A DNA stretch of 64,000 nt from an uncultured virus (IMG/VR IMGVR_UViG_3300033155_000850) (Duplodnaviria; Heunggongvirae; Uroviricota; Caudoviricetes), in IMG/VR virus record IMGVR_UViG_3300033155_000850; one strand, given 5' to 3'. The position numbers were made by a program, and so were the translations under genes. Below the pieces are notes generated by a model. The model did no database searches and had not been told where the DNA came from. It was given only the letters and a program-made list of their open reading frames with translations. Positions 50,257 through 58,605 of this stretch are shown here, one piece after another (the first letter of the stretch is position 1; each line of letters starts with the position of its first letter).

Positions 50257-52101
50257 TTATATAGATTTAACCTCCCCAAATGACGGCCCGATTTTAGCAC
50301 CAAATGGTAGTGGTAAAAGAATATCTTTATTCCAAAGCCTAGACCAGTTGGTCTTATTCAATTCATTTCTCATATCTAATGCTAACTCTTTTGCATGATC
50401 TACAGGTAGATAATACCAGATACCGTCATGCAAATCTAGAGTGAATATAGCCTCTGGAAATTTACGAGCTATGATAGAAATGGCTGCATTCTTATGGTCA
50501 CCACCACTACCTTGTATTGGAAAGTTAATTGCTGATTGCTCTGTTCCATACTCATATTTACCGGACCAGAATTTAAGATGGAATCTACGACCAGCAATTG
50601 ACTCTGCATAACCTAAATCTTTAGCAGACCATATAGCTTTATCCCAATATTTCTTTACACCTGGGTATCGACTTTTATACATACCCAAATATCTAAATGC
50701 TTCAGCCTTTAGTATGGTAATGCCGTATGTAGTGAAGAATTTATACGCTAAAGATTTAGCTCCAATACGATATTGACAACTAAGATTAAGAAGCTTACCC
50801 GCATATCTATAATTAACCGCTTCAGAGTCTTCAGCCTCTAATAATTCCAACAACTCTTCATAAGGTATTCCAGATATAAACGATGTCATAGATGAATGAA
50901 CGTCTATACCGTTATTAAAATCTTGTAATAGATTGAATTCATTTGCTATTTGACCTACAAATCTGAGTTCTTGTTGTTCTCCGTCAAGCTCACACACAAC
51001 ATATCCGTCAGGAGCTGTGAGCAATGATCTGATAGGACCTTTTCTTGGTAGTTGGTGGTTTGCGATACCACTTGCCCACTTTTTGAGGGTTTTAGCAACG
51101 TAAGTATATCGCCCTGTGTAAGTACCAAATATATTAGGCATGGCATGAGTGTAATTAGAGTTATTATATGCAACCGAATTATTGATCCCATTAATGAATT
51201 TCGATTCAATTGTTGCAAGCTTTTTGAAATTAAGGACTGTTCTGATAAATTTTGCATCTTCTGTACCCATTAATTTATCTTCTAATAGAAGTAAATTATC
51301 TTTAGCTGCACTAGCTTTACCTTTTGGTGTACGTCCTTGTACTGGAAGTCTCTTAGTCTCAAATAATAAGTGTGATAATTGTTGAGGTGAATTTAAACAT
51401 TCCACTGATTGACCTATACTCGCCGCTAATTTTTTCTTGTATGCGACAAATTTAGGTTTTAATGCTAGTGTTCTCTTACTATCTACATGTAAGCCATTTA
51501 ACCATGCATTAGCTACAGGGACTATATTAGCTTGTTCATATACATATCCGGACCTTTGCTCTTTAGGTAGTATAGCCCACATTTCTTCTACGGCTAATCT
51601 AGTAAATATAGCATCATATCCACCGCGTTTTAACCAGTAATCATAGTCTTCACCAGCTATTACAGCGGCTTTTTTAAGGTCAAGAAAATCCTCTAAATCT
51701 GGATGCTCTTTTACATACTTTTCTACTACCGCACTGAGAGATAAACTCCATCTCATCTTATCAGCTACTTGACCATTAACTATCCACTTATATAAAAGAG
51801 CTGAATCTCTCCATTTTATACCTAAAAGTAACTCATATTCGGTTTTAGCTATTAACCAACCTACATCGAATACAGCTCTATGAGCAAATACAGTTTTACC
51901 TTTAAGGTATGCTAACATACCCCATACTTCATCCATATTTTCGGATCGTTCATCGATCTGACGAAAATATCCGTCCGGTCCAGACACAGCTATGGAAGTA
52001 ATTCTAGCATCACCATCTGGTAGACGATAACATTCTAATGCGTACTCTTTACCCGGTACGTTAGATGCTGTCTCTATATCTAATGAATAAAAATCAGTCA
52101 A
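50257..52101 (-). CDS. polA: Family A DNA polymerase with 3'-5' exonuclease
   Basis: Exo DIET / FD, T.TGR, motif A DGEQQELR, motif B R..GK.LNLSCQY, NFPIQGS, motif C LHDG. Confidence 0.93.
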   Translation of the reverse strand: MTDFYSLDIETASNVPGKEYALECYRLPDGDARITSIAVSGPDGYFRQIDERSENMDEVWGMLAYLKGKTVFAHRAVFDVGWLIAKTEYELLLGIKWRDSALLYKWIVNGQVADKMRWSLSLSAVVEKYVKEHPDLEDFLDLKKAAVIAGEDYDYWLKRGGYDAIFTRLAVEEMWAILPKEQRSGYVYEQANIVPVANAWLNGLHVDSKRTLALKPKFVAYKKKLAASIGQSVECLNSPQQLSHLLFETKRLPVQGRTPKGKASAAKDNLLLLEDKLMGTEDAKFIRTVLNFKKLATIESKFINGINNSVAYNNSNYTHAMPNIFGTYTGRYTYVAKTLKKWASGIANHQLPRKGPIRSLLTAPDGYVVCELDGEQQELRFVGQIANEFNLLQDFNNGIDVHSSMTSFISGIPYEELLELLEAEDSEAVNYRYAGKLLNLSCQYRIGAKSLAYKFFTTYGITILKAEAFRYLGMYKSRYPGVKKYWDKAIWSAKDLGYAESIAGRRFHLKFWSGKYEYGTEQSAINFPIQGSGGDHKNAAISIIARKFPEAIFTLDLHDGIWYYLPVDHAKELALDMRNELNKTNWSRLWNKDILLPLPFGAKIGPSFGEVKSI

Positions 52102-52436
52102 TGTTTTGTAACCTCTTTAGGTACTTTTCCTGTACCTTTACATTCAGTACAGTCAATTCCATGTAGAGTTAACTTACCAGCTCCACCGCATCGTTTACAC
52201 GGTTCTCTATCCATAGATATGTGATCTTCTATCAACCAATCGGGTGGTACATTAACACCGTGGCCCCAACCATCTAACTCTTCAAATATGACTTTAACAG
52301 TGCTATTATCAGACGGTCTATTGATAATGACTTTTTTACAACTATCCATAGGTAGGCCACCATATTTACGAGTAGCCCCTTCATGTCTTGATAGAGAATC
52401 AATTCTAATTTTCTTGAGTACTTCTTGATCTATCAT
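52098..52436 (-). CDS. Protein with DnaJ-type CxxCxGxG zinc finger
   Basis: CKRCGGAG...CTECKGTG. Confidence 0.65.
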   Translation of the reverse strand: MIDQEVLKKIRIDSLSRHEGATRKYGGLPMDSCKKVIINRPSDNSTVKVIFEELDGWGHGVNVPPDWLIEDHISMDREPCKRCGGAGKLTLHGIDCTECKGTGKVPKEVTKH

Positions 52437-52439
52437 ACT

Positions 52440-52468
52440 ATTCTACCGTAAATTAACTTCAATGTAAA
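52440..52468 (-). promoter_or_regulatory. Phage promoter TTTACA-N17-TAGAAT
   Basis: Family consensus with upstream AAGGAACCAG. Confidence 0.75.
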
Positions 52469-52476
52469 CTGGTTCC

Positions 52477-52698
52477 TTAAATGGAAGACCTAGAACGACC
52501 AAAATCTGCATTCGGTGGCCCATCACCTTTAGAGTGTAGTTCATGATCTAGTGAGATAGCATCCGGCATCATTTTTATTAGGAATTCAATAGACCTAGCT
52601 ATAGCCGCTGCATGACCACCTTCTAAAGCTGATTCTTGATGAGTATTACCGTGTTTTTTAGGAAAACTTCCTTCCAATGTTATAGTTATTTGTCCCAT
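52477..52698 (-). CDS. Hypothetical protein
   Basis: TAATG coupling. Confidence 0.6.
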   Translation of the reverse strand: MGQITITLEGSFPKKHGNTHQESALEGGHAAAIARSIEFLIKMMPDAISLDHELHSKGDGPPNADFGRSRSSI

Positions 52699-54860
52699 TA
52701 TCTTACCACCTTGAGTGCTGTTTCAGTTTTATTAGCTTCAAATATTTTACGATATTCTAATTGTATTCGTGCTATATCTCCATCATCATATGTACCGTGA
52801 TTACGACATGTATGTAAAACCTGTTTTATTGAAGGACCTTCGACAATTATAGTTGAGTCACTGCCTTCAGCTATTTTAGGTACTATAGCTTGTCTACTTC
52901 TACGACTACCTTTAGATTTAAGAGATTGAAATGTGTTTCTCATAATCTGTTTTAAATGTCCACCACTAATTTGACCACCTCTATGTACATGTGCTCTAAG
53001 AAAGAATTCTATAGAATCCTTAGTCACTATATCAGAATTGAACACACTGTAAAAGTTTTCTACCGCTTCAAGAATCGTTCCTTCTTCATTACTTCTTCCG
53101 GCTTCGACCATGATGTCCATGGAGTCTGTATGCGGGGCTCGTCCCTTGTAGGCGAATTGAGATACATCTCTTTGTGCCATGAAGTTGAAGACTGAGCTAT
53201 AACCCCCGTCCTGCAACCAGTTGTGTAATTTAGTGTAGTATGCCTCAGATCTAGGATTTTGATGGTTGATGTGCACAAAGAAGCGGCGGCTATCAGTTTT
53301 GATATGTACTGCGTCTTCCCTATTCGAGAACAATACAAAGTTTGCGAATATTTCCGTAGCATATGCATCGACTCCTTTTGGCTCAACAGTCTGAGTACTT
53401 TCTGTTACATAACTCTTAAGTTTAGATACAATTTCATATCTTTTCCTAGAGTCTAACTCCTCAAGTTCATTCACTAAAATTAAGACTGAGGAAGTTAAGA
53501 AAGTATTGAATGTCTTATTAAATACACCTGCAGATATGTTTTTAGTATTCCAAAATCCTACTAAATGAGATATAATGTTAAAGAGAAAATTCTTACCAAG
53601 ACCTTCGTGTACTGAAACTATTATAGGAGCCCACGTCATTTTTAAGTACGGTCTTTGTACTAGATGTCCTATCCAATCCATCATTATAGATGCGTCTTCT
53701 TCCATAAGATAGTTCATAAACTCTATAAACGGATCTATGTCTACAGGATCATCAATTATCCTGTGGTCAGGTGCTCTATAGGAATTTATTACATCAGTAC
53801 CTAATACGGGATCGTAATAGGTTTCATCTTTAACAGGTTTATACCCTACAAACCCAGACATTTTTCTATCTGTATGCTTTATCCAACGATCGAATGCTGG
53901 TACAGGTTTTTGTGATCCATCGGCTTTTTCTTCCCATATCATCCAGTTAGCGAATGATGTTTTTGATTCAGTCAATCTAAGAGTAGCTATATTAGATGGT
54001 TTTGAACTATCATAAACTCTAGGTCCAGAGGATATTAATACTAGATTATCTAGCATCCAATCCAACTTATCCTCTATCATTGGCTCGAATTTAGCAAATG
54101 TTTGATCTAATCGTGGAAGATAGTCTTCCATTCTTAAATCATCTCCTTCACATCTAGAAAGAGCTACCTCTAATAATATAACCGCATTATCATATGATAT
54201 TTTACGAGCCCATGATGCCATTAATCTTATAAGGGTATCATGTCTCTCTCCTGACTCTATTATTTTAGGTATACTACCTCGTAATGACGAAATTTCGTTA
54301 TGATCTATAAGTGTTTCGGCACTTTGAGTATTTACTTTCTCTCTTACTATATTTCCTATGGGTAATTTCTCAGATAGTAATCCAATTTCAGCTAGAGTTA
54401 TGTCTTGCAGTAGTTTATAACCATTAACTTCGGTTGGACCTACTACGAAACCTCTATTTCCTCGTATATCTATACCATCTAAATCCATCCAATTAGTTAT
54501 AGATAAAATATAGCGAGAGTCTGGTATATTAGGATATTGATAGTAAAGATGCAAACCATTATTCATGGTTTTAACAGCTAGAGTTTTTATATCTAAATTA
54601 AATTTATCGCGAAGTATTTGAAGGGATTCTTTTCCGTTTTTATCTTTTTTAACATCTACGTCTATAATAAACGCGTTATTACCTGGACACACTCCAAAAC
54701 TATCACAATATTTATATTTACCTGTATACCAAGTTTCTATTTGATTTTTATCGGTGGTGGCTCTATCTGGCCATTCTTTTATTTGTGGATTTCTCTTGTG
54801 AACTGGAAATATAGGTAGTCCACGACCGGCGAAGCTTAACGCGGCATCTAATACTGTCAC
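52698..54860 (-). CDS. Bifunctional primase-polymerase fused to SF3-type helicase (DUF5906)
   Basis: IDVDVK, T...GLHLYY, IDIRG..GFVVGP, G.RHD, EGLGKN, NE, FSN..DA....DSRRF. Confidence 0.9.
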   Translation of the reverse strand: MTVLDAALSFAGRGLPIFPVHKRNPQIKEWPDRATTDKNQIETWYTGKYKYCDSFGVCPGNNAFIIDVDVKKDKNGKESLQILRDKFNLDIKTLAVKTMNNGLHLYYQYPNIPDSRYILSITNWMDLDGIDIRGNRGFVVGPTEVNGYKLLQDITLAEIGLLSEKLPIGNIVREKVNTQSAETLIDHNEISSLRGSIPKIIESGERHDTLIRLMASWARKISYDNAVILLEVALSRCEGDDLRMEDYLPRLDQTFAKFEPMIEDKLDWMLDNLVLISSGPRVYDSSKPSNIATLRLTESKTSFANWMIWEEKADGSQKPVPAFDRWIKHTDRKMSGFVGYKPVKDETYYDPVLGTDVINSYRAPDHRIIDDPVDIDPFIEFMNYLMEEDASIMMDWIGHLVQRPYLKMTWAPIIVSVHEGLGKNFLFNIISHLVGFWNTKNISAGVFNKTFNTFLTSSVLILVNELEELDSRKRYEIVSKLKSYVTESTQTVEPKGVDAYATEIFANFVLFSNREDAVHIKTDSRRFFVHINHQNPRSEAYYTKLHNWLQDGGYSSVFNFMAQRDVSQFAYKGRAPHTDSMDIMVEAGRSNEEGTILEAVENFYSVFNSDIVTKDSIEFFLRAHVHRGGQISGGHLKQIMRNTFQSLKSKGSRRSRQAIVPKIAEGSDSTIIVEGPSIKQVLHTCRNHGTYDDGDIARIQLEYRKIFEANKTETALKVVR

Positions 54861-54933
54861 GTCGAGACTCCAAGACTGGGATTGAGATATGGCATGAGTT
54901 CCCTATACTTATTATAGTTGTCCCCACTGTATA

Positions 54934-54970
54934 AAAAGGGCACCTAGCCTGTACAAGCTATGGTGCCCTT
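54934..54970 (-). terminator. Terminator hairpin inside the primase-gene leader
   Basis: On - strand AAGGGCACC...GGTGCCCTTTTT. Confidence 0.7.
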
Positions 54971-55056
54971 ACACTCGTAACGATGTAGGGAACCGCATGG
55001 GAGTGGTAGCTACAGTTTAAGTGCTTACGCGACCCATACTGTAACTACTATGATAT

Positions 55057-55153
55057 ATTCTACTGTATAAGTACACCAATGTACACAGGGTCCTTAAAGG
55101 ATGCGGATCCCCTTTAGGACCCAGTATACATAGGTGTATCTTCATAGTAGAAT
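55057..55153. promoter_or_regulatory. Divergent promoter pair: (-) TGTACA-N17-TAGAAT at 55085-55057; (+) TATACA-N17-TAGAAT at 55125-55153
   Basis: Both have exact 17-nt spacers and AGGACCC upstream elements; strand-switch point. Confidence 0.8.
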
Positions 55154-55178
55154 AGTATATTATGAGCGATAATATATC

Positions 55179-55592
55179 ATGACGGCCTATAGAACAGCTA
55201 GTTTTTTTAGAGTTACGGCCTATCTTAGATTAAACGGGGAAAAAAGGCCCCTCGGTTTTTTCTTCGTCCGCAACATAAACCCAATTAAAGAAGACCTTGT
55301 GGACCTTCGGATAGTTCCTACGTCTGATAGAAATGGTTTTTTAATTCATATAGAAGATCATGATTGCAGTAAACTCCCAATTGAACTCAAATATGTAGAC
55401 CCTATTACAGCCAAAGGTATATGTCAATTCATTATAGATCATAATGAAGGTGCTACATATGTTAAAGATGATGAGAAATCTATTTGGACTGAATTATTTG
55501 GCAAAATTAACTACGATGTATCATTTCCTAATGATATAATTAGGTTTAAAGGGTTAAATGGTTTTAATTTAAATCTACATAATAGGGCGTAA
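55179..55592 (+). CDS. Hypothetical protein
   Basis: Downstream of promoter. Confidence 0.6.
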   Translation: MTAYRTASFFRVTAYLRLNGEKRPLGFFFVRNINPIKEDLVDLRIVPTSDRNGFLIHIEDHDCSKLPIELKYVDPITAKGICQFIIDHNEGATYVKDDEKSIWTELFGKINYDVSFPNDIIRFKGLNGFNLNLHNRA

Positions 55593-55595
55593 ATT

Positions 55596-55949
55596 ATGTC
55601 TAGTTTATATGAACGGTTTAAATCATGGACAGCTGCAAGACAACGAACTGACATCTGGAGAGCTGTAATAGGGATAGTAATTGTCGCGATAATTTTATCT
55701 CTTTTAACTGGTTGTAGTACTACAGGACCTTCGATGACTGTAGCTGCGTCATATGAAGGTGATGGAGTTATTGTATTAAAACAACCAATATTTCAAAGTC
55801 AAATTGTTTGTACACCTCCTAAACATGAAGTATTTATAAACTATCTACACCATTCAGAAATATTTAAAGAGACTGATGAAGATACGTATGATGGTATTCA
55901 TTTAGGGTATACCCACAATTTCGGTAAATGGATCTGGCAAAAGGATTAA
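55596..55949 (+). CDS. Putative lipoprotein
   Basis: TM plus LLTGC lipobox. Confidence 0.6.
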   Translation: MSSLYERFKSWTAARQRTDIWRAVIGIVIVAIILSLLTGCSTTGPSMTVAASYEGDGVIVLKQPIFQSQIVCTPPKHEVFINYLHHSEIFKETDEDTYDGIHLGYTHNFGKWIWQKD

Positions 55950-55952
55950 ATC

Positions 55953-56246
55953 ATGGATAACACAATCACTTTTACTATTTCTTACTGGTCATTATTTTGG
56001 TCTATCATTATAGCGTTTATAATTATCGTAATACCTTGGTTTTGGGGTGTATCTGATATGTACGTCTGTAAACGCTGGCTAGCTGAGGGTAAAAAAGCTG
56101 TCGATCAATCAGCTGGAGCCTTACACTATTGGTTTGTAAAGTGGGCTATTGCTATGCAATCCAAGTTAGTCGCAGAAAAACTAGGGTTTCCTAGTAAAGA
56201 TTTAAATGAAATCCTTAAAATTCGTGATGACGACAATAAAATATAA
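55953..56246 (+). CDS. Membrane protein (holin candidate)
   Basis: N-terminal TM; directly upstream of the endolysin. Confidence 0.5.
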   Translation: MDNTITFTISYWSLFWSIIIAFIIIVIPWFWGVSDMYVCKRWLAEGKKAVDQSAGALHYWFVKWAIAMQSKLVAEKLGFPSKDLNEILKIRDDDNKI

Positions 56247-56258
56247 CGGAGAAATTTC

Positions 56259-56729
56259 GTGAAAATAAGTAAAAACTTTACTCTAGAAGAATTCCTTGTT
56301 TCACAGACAGCTGTTCGTCATAGTATAGACATGACTCCACCTTTGGACATTCGAAATAACATAGTACGATTTGTAGAAACTATAGCTCAACCATTAAGGG
56401 ACGAATTAGGTTCATCTATCACAATTAATTCTGGTTTTAGACCTGATAAATTAAATACTCTTATAGGTGGATCAAAAACGTCGGCCCACAGATTTGGCTG
56501 TGCTGGTGATATGAGATGCAACGCGGTATCCCCTCTTGGTTTAGCTCAAATGATTATGGATATGGACCTTTTGTACGACCAAGTTATACATGAGTTTGGA
56601 GCTTGGGTACATTGCGGTATTAGATGGGATAACCAGGATATTCGTAAAGAAGAACTTACATCATATAAGAATAAGGTCAATAAAACTATCTATGTACCAG
56701 GCTTACACTCTATAGAGAGCCTTATTTAA
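56259..56729 (+). CDS. Endolysin, peptidase M15 (Zn peptidase)
   Basis: S.NFTL.EF..S, INSGFR...LN..IGG..TSAH..G.A.D, WVH. Confidence 0.9.
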   Translation: MKISKNFTLEEFLVSQTAVRHSIDMTPPLDIRNNIVRFVETIAQPLRDELGSSITINSGFRPDKLNTLIGGSKTSAHRFGCAGDMRCNAVSPLGLAQMIMDMDLLYDQVIHEFGAWVHCGIRWDNQDIRKEELTSYKNKVNKTIYVPGLHSIESLI

Positions 56730-56823
56730 GGATTCTGTGTACATTGATGATAATCTATGATACGTACGCGCGCGCGTAAATATATAAGAGTAACCTTTAA
56801 GGAATCGTCTGTTAAGGATTCTG

Positions 56824-56852
56824 TGTACATTGCTGATTATTCGCAGTAGAAT
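56824..56852 (+). promoter_or_regulatory. Phage promoter TGTACA-N17-TAGAAT driving the small ORF and ncRNA array
   Basis: Family consensus; partial duplicate at 56727-56760. Confidence 0.8.
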
Positions 56853-56881
56853 AGTATTATCAATTAAATATAGGGATTTAA

Positions 56882-57076
56882 ATGAATACACCCAAAACAA
56901 AAATAGGAATAATCAAGGATTATTTCGGCATTATTCCAGACACTACCACAAAAGATTTTATGAATGAGATAAAAGAACTGAGTCTTGAAGAACGATTAGA
57001 ACTAGCTCAAGGCGCGGCCGCAAATATGGGTTTATCTCAGGATAAAGTAGATTTTCCGTTAACCGGAACAGGTTAA
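56882..57076 (+). CDS. Small conserved phage protein
   Basis: IKDYFG....F..EIKELS.EER.ELA. Confidence 0.7.
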   Translation: MNTPKTKIGIIKDYFGIIPDTTTKDFMNEIKELSLEERLELAQGAAANMGLSQDKVDFPLTGTG

Positions 57077-58592
57077 GGAGAGGCGACGGTAAGAATGCAC
57101 TTCCGTACTGACAATGGTAGACGTACTACTCAGTCCTCTGGTGAGTTACACTGCTTTTATCGAGGTATGTTAAAGCCAGAAAGCAGACTTAGCAATCTGC
57201 CCTCTTTTAAATGTAGTCATATCCGGGTTGACCTCCGGTAGGTCATATGACGGCTCTCAAATCAAGAGAGAGTGCATGCGAGGTTTCGCCTTTTAGGGGC
57301 CGGCTCGAATCTAGCCGTTTATAGGGTTTATATGCTCGCGATCCTGTATGAATTGATATGATTAAGAACTATATTAACAGTGTCCGGGAAGGAGCAACCG
57401 TCCGTAGGATAGACCAACTCCACATACGAGCATTTGAGCGTAGTAAGGTCGTTTGAAGATTACGGGATACATTGTTATAAAGATAGCCACTACCATCAGA
57501 TAGAGCTGTCTTCAGGGTAGGTAGACTTGCCTGTTACGAGCTACCTGAGCTTTGGTTCATAGCGATAAAAGCGAATGAACAAGAGGTGTTCTATAGAATG
57601 GCGGTTTGCTCACCCTTTCCGCTTAGTAGAAGGCCCACGCGCTACCGAGAAATGCGTTAAATCGGGAGTCGTTGACATCGACAAAAGTCCTGGTACTGGC
57701 CTAATAAGTCGGTATCAGGCAGATTTTCGTTGGTACCTTATGGCTGTATGATGTTATGTTAGTAAGTATTTCGGACGCGGGTTCGATTCCCGCCACCTCC
57801 ACCACAATGGGGGTGATCGGTTTCGACGGTGTACAGGAAGCATGATGGACAGCACGCTTGGTCTCGTAAAGACTACTAAAACAATCGCAAACGATGAAGT
57901 TTACGATCTGCCGTTGGCATTAGCTGCGTAAGCAGTTAAGCTAATAGGCCGGGTCAGGGTCGCCTGGGAACAGAAGGCCCATTGAGCACTAAAACTGCCG
58001 AAAATATCGGTGAAACTCCGATACTCTCGCAATGATGGCCTATAAGGCTAGTGGGGGTTCGTTTAATACTATAGACTTAAGCTATAGGTGAAGACACCGG
58101 CATTTATTAAAGAAATCAAACTAGGCGATTGCTTCTGCCCAGAATCACTAGAATGATAGACTAGTAGTATCCAAACAAGTACAGGGCAATGTGCATATGT
58201 GGAGAGACGCTAGCCATTCAGGAGTCGCATAGCGTCATCTGTTTGAAGACCTAGCGGCCCAGGTCTAGAGGGGCCGCCCCTATTTTCGGGGACGTTGATA
58301 ATACTTGTCAACGCCCTACTGAAAGGGTATGGTTAGCCCGAGCGCAGAAGTAACTGGCCACCATGTCGCCGGATGGATTATGGTCTTATACGGTGGAGGG
58401 GTTGTATTGCACCTGTCTTACCTGTCGTAAGAAGCAATGCCGAGGAGTGTTGGCTACTCAGCTCTTTTACTCAATGATGTAGCTGCGAAATGTGCGCTGT
58501 GGCGTATACATATATAGATCGATACTGTGATATTTTTTATTCTTTTACAGATCGGTCGACGACCCTACTAGCCACAGATAGTAGGAGTCGTT
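57077..58592 (+). ncRNA. Array of structured non-coding RNAs (about 1.5 kb, no ORF of 60 aa or more)
   Basis: Raised GC, many hairpins and pseudoknots separated by short AT linkers; includes tmRNA. Confidence 0.75.
57740..57980 (+). ncRNA. ssrA: Circularly permuted (two-piece type) tmRNA; tag ANDEVYDLPLALAA*
   Basis: T-arm GCGGG-TTCGATT-CCCGC and CACCTCC-A-CCA (ends 57804) precede the 5' end GGGGGTG (57809) with G3.U70; TTTCGAC D-region; tag ORF 57887-57931; outer boundaries approximate. Confidence 0.93.
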
Positions 58593-58605
58593 TAAAGGGG
58601 TAAGT

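Noticed and set aside
56760..56778. Alternating purine-pyrimidine tract (ATACGTACGCGCGCGCGTA), possible Z-DNA
   Set aside because: Single short instance with no supporting evidence of function
57245..57322. Canonical tRNA (GGCTCGAATCT T-loop-like)
   Set aside because: No proper D arm, acceptor stem or CCA
57378..57400. SRP RNA domain IV (CAGTGTCCGGGAAGGAGCAACC)
   Set aside because: Loop and symmetric-bulge spacing differ from CAGG-UCC-GGAA-GGA-AGCA, no long flanking helix, and an alternative fold uses these bases
57636..57670. Pistol ribozyme (CGTTAAAT after a stem)
   Set aside because: Downstream P2/P3 and conserved cleavage-site elements not found; treated as a simple pseudoknot
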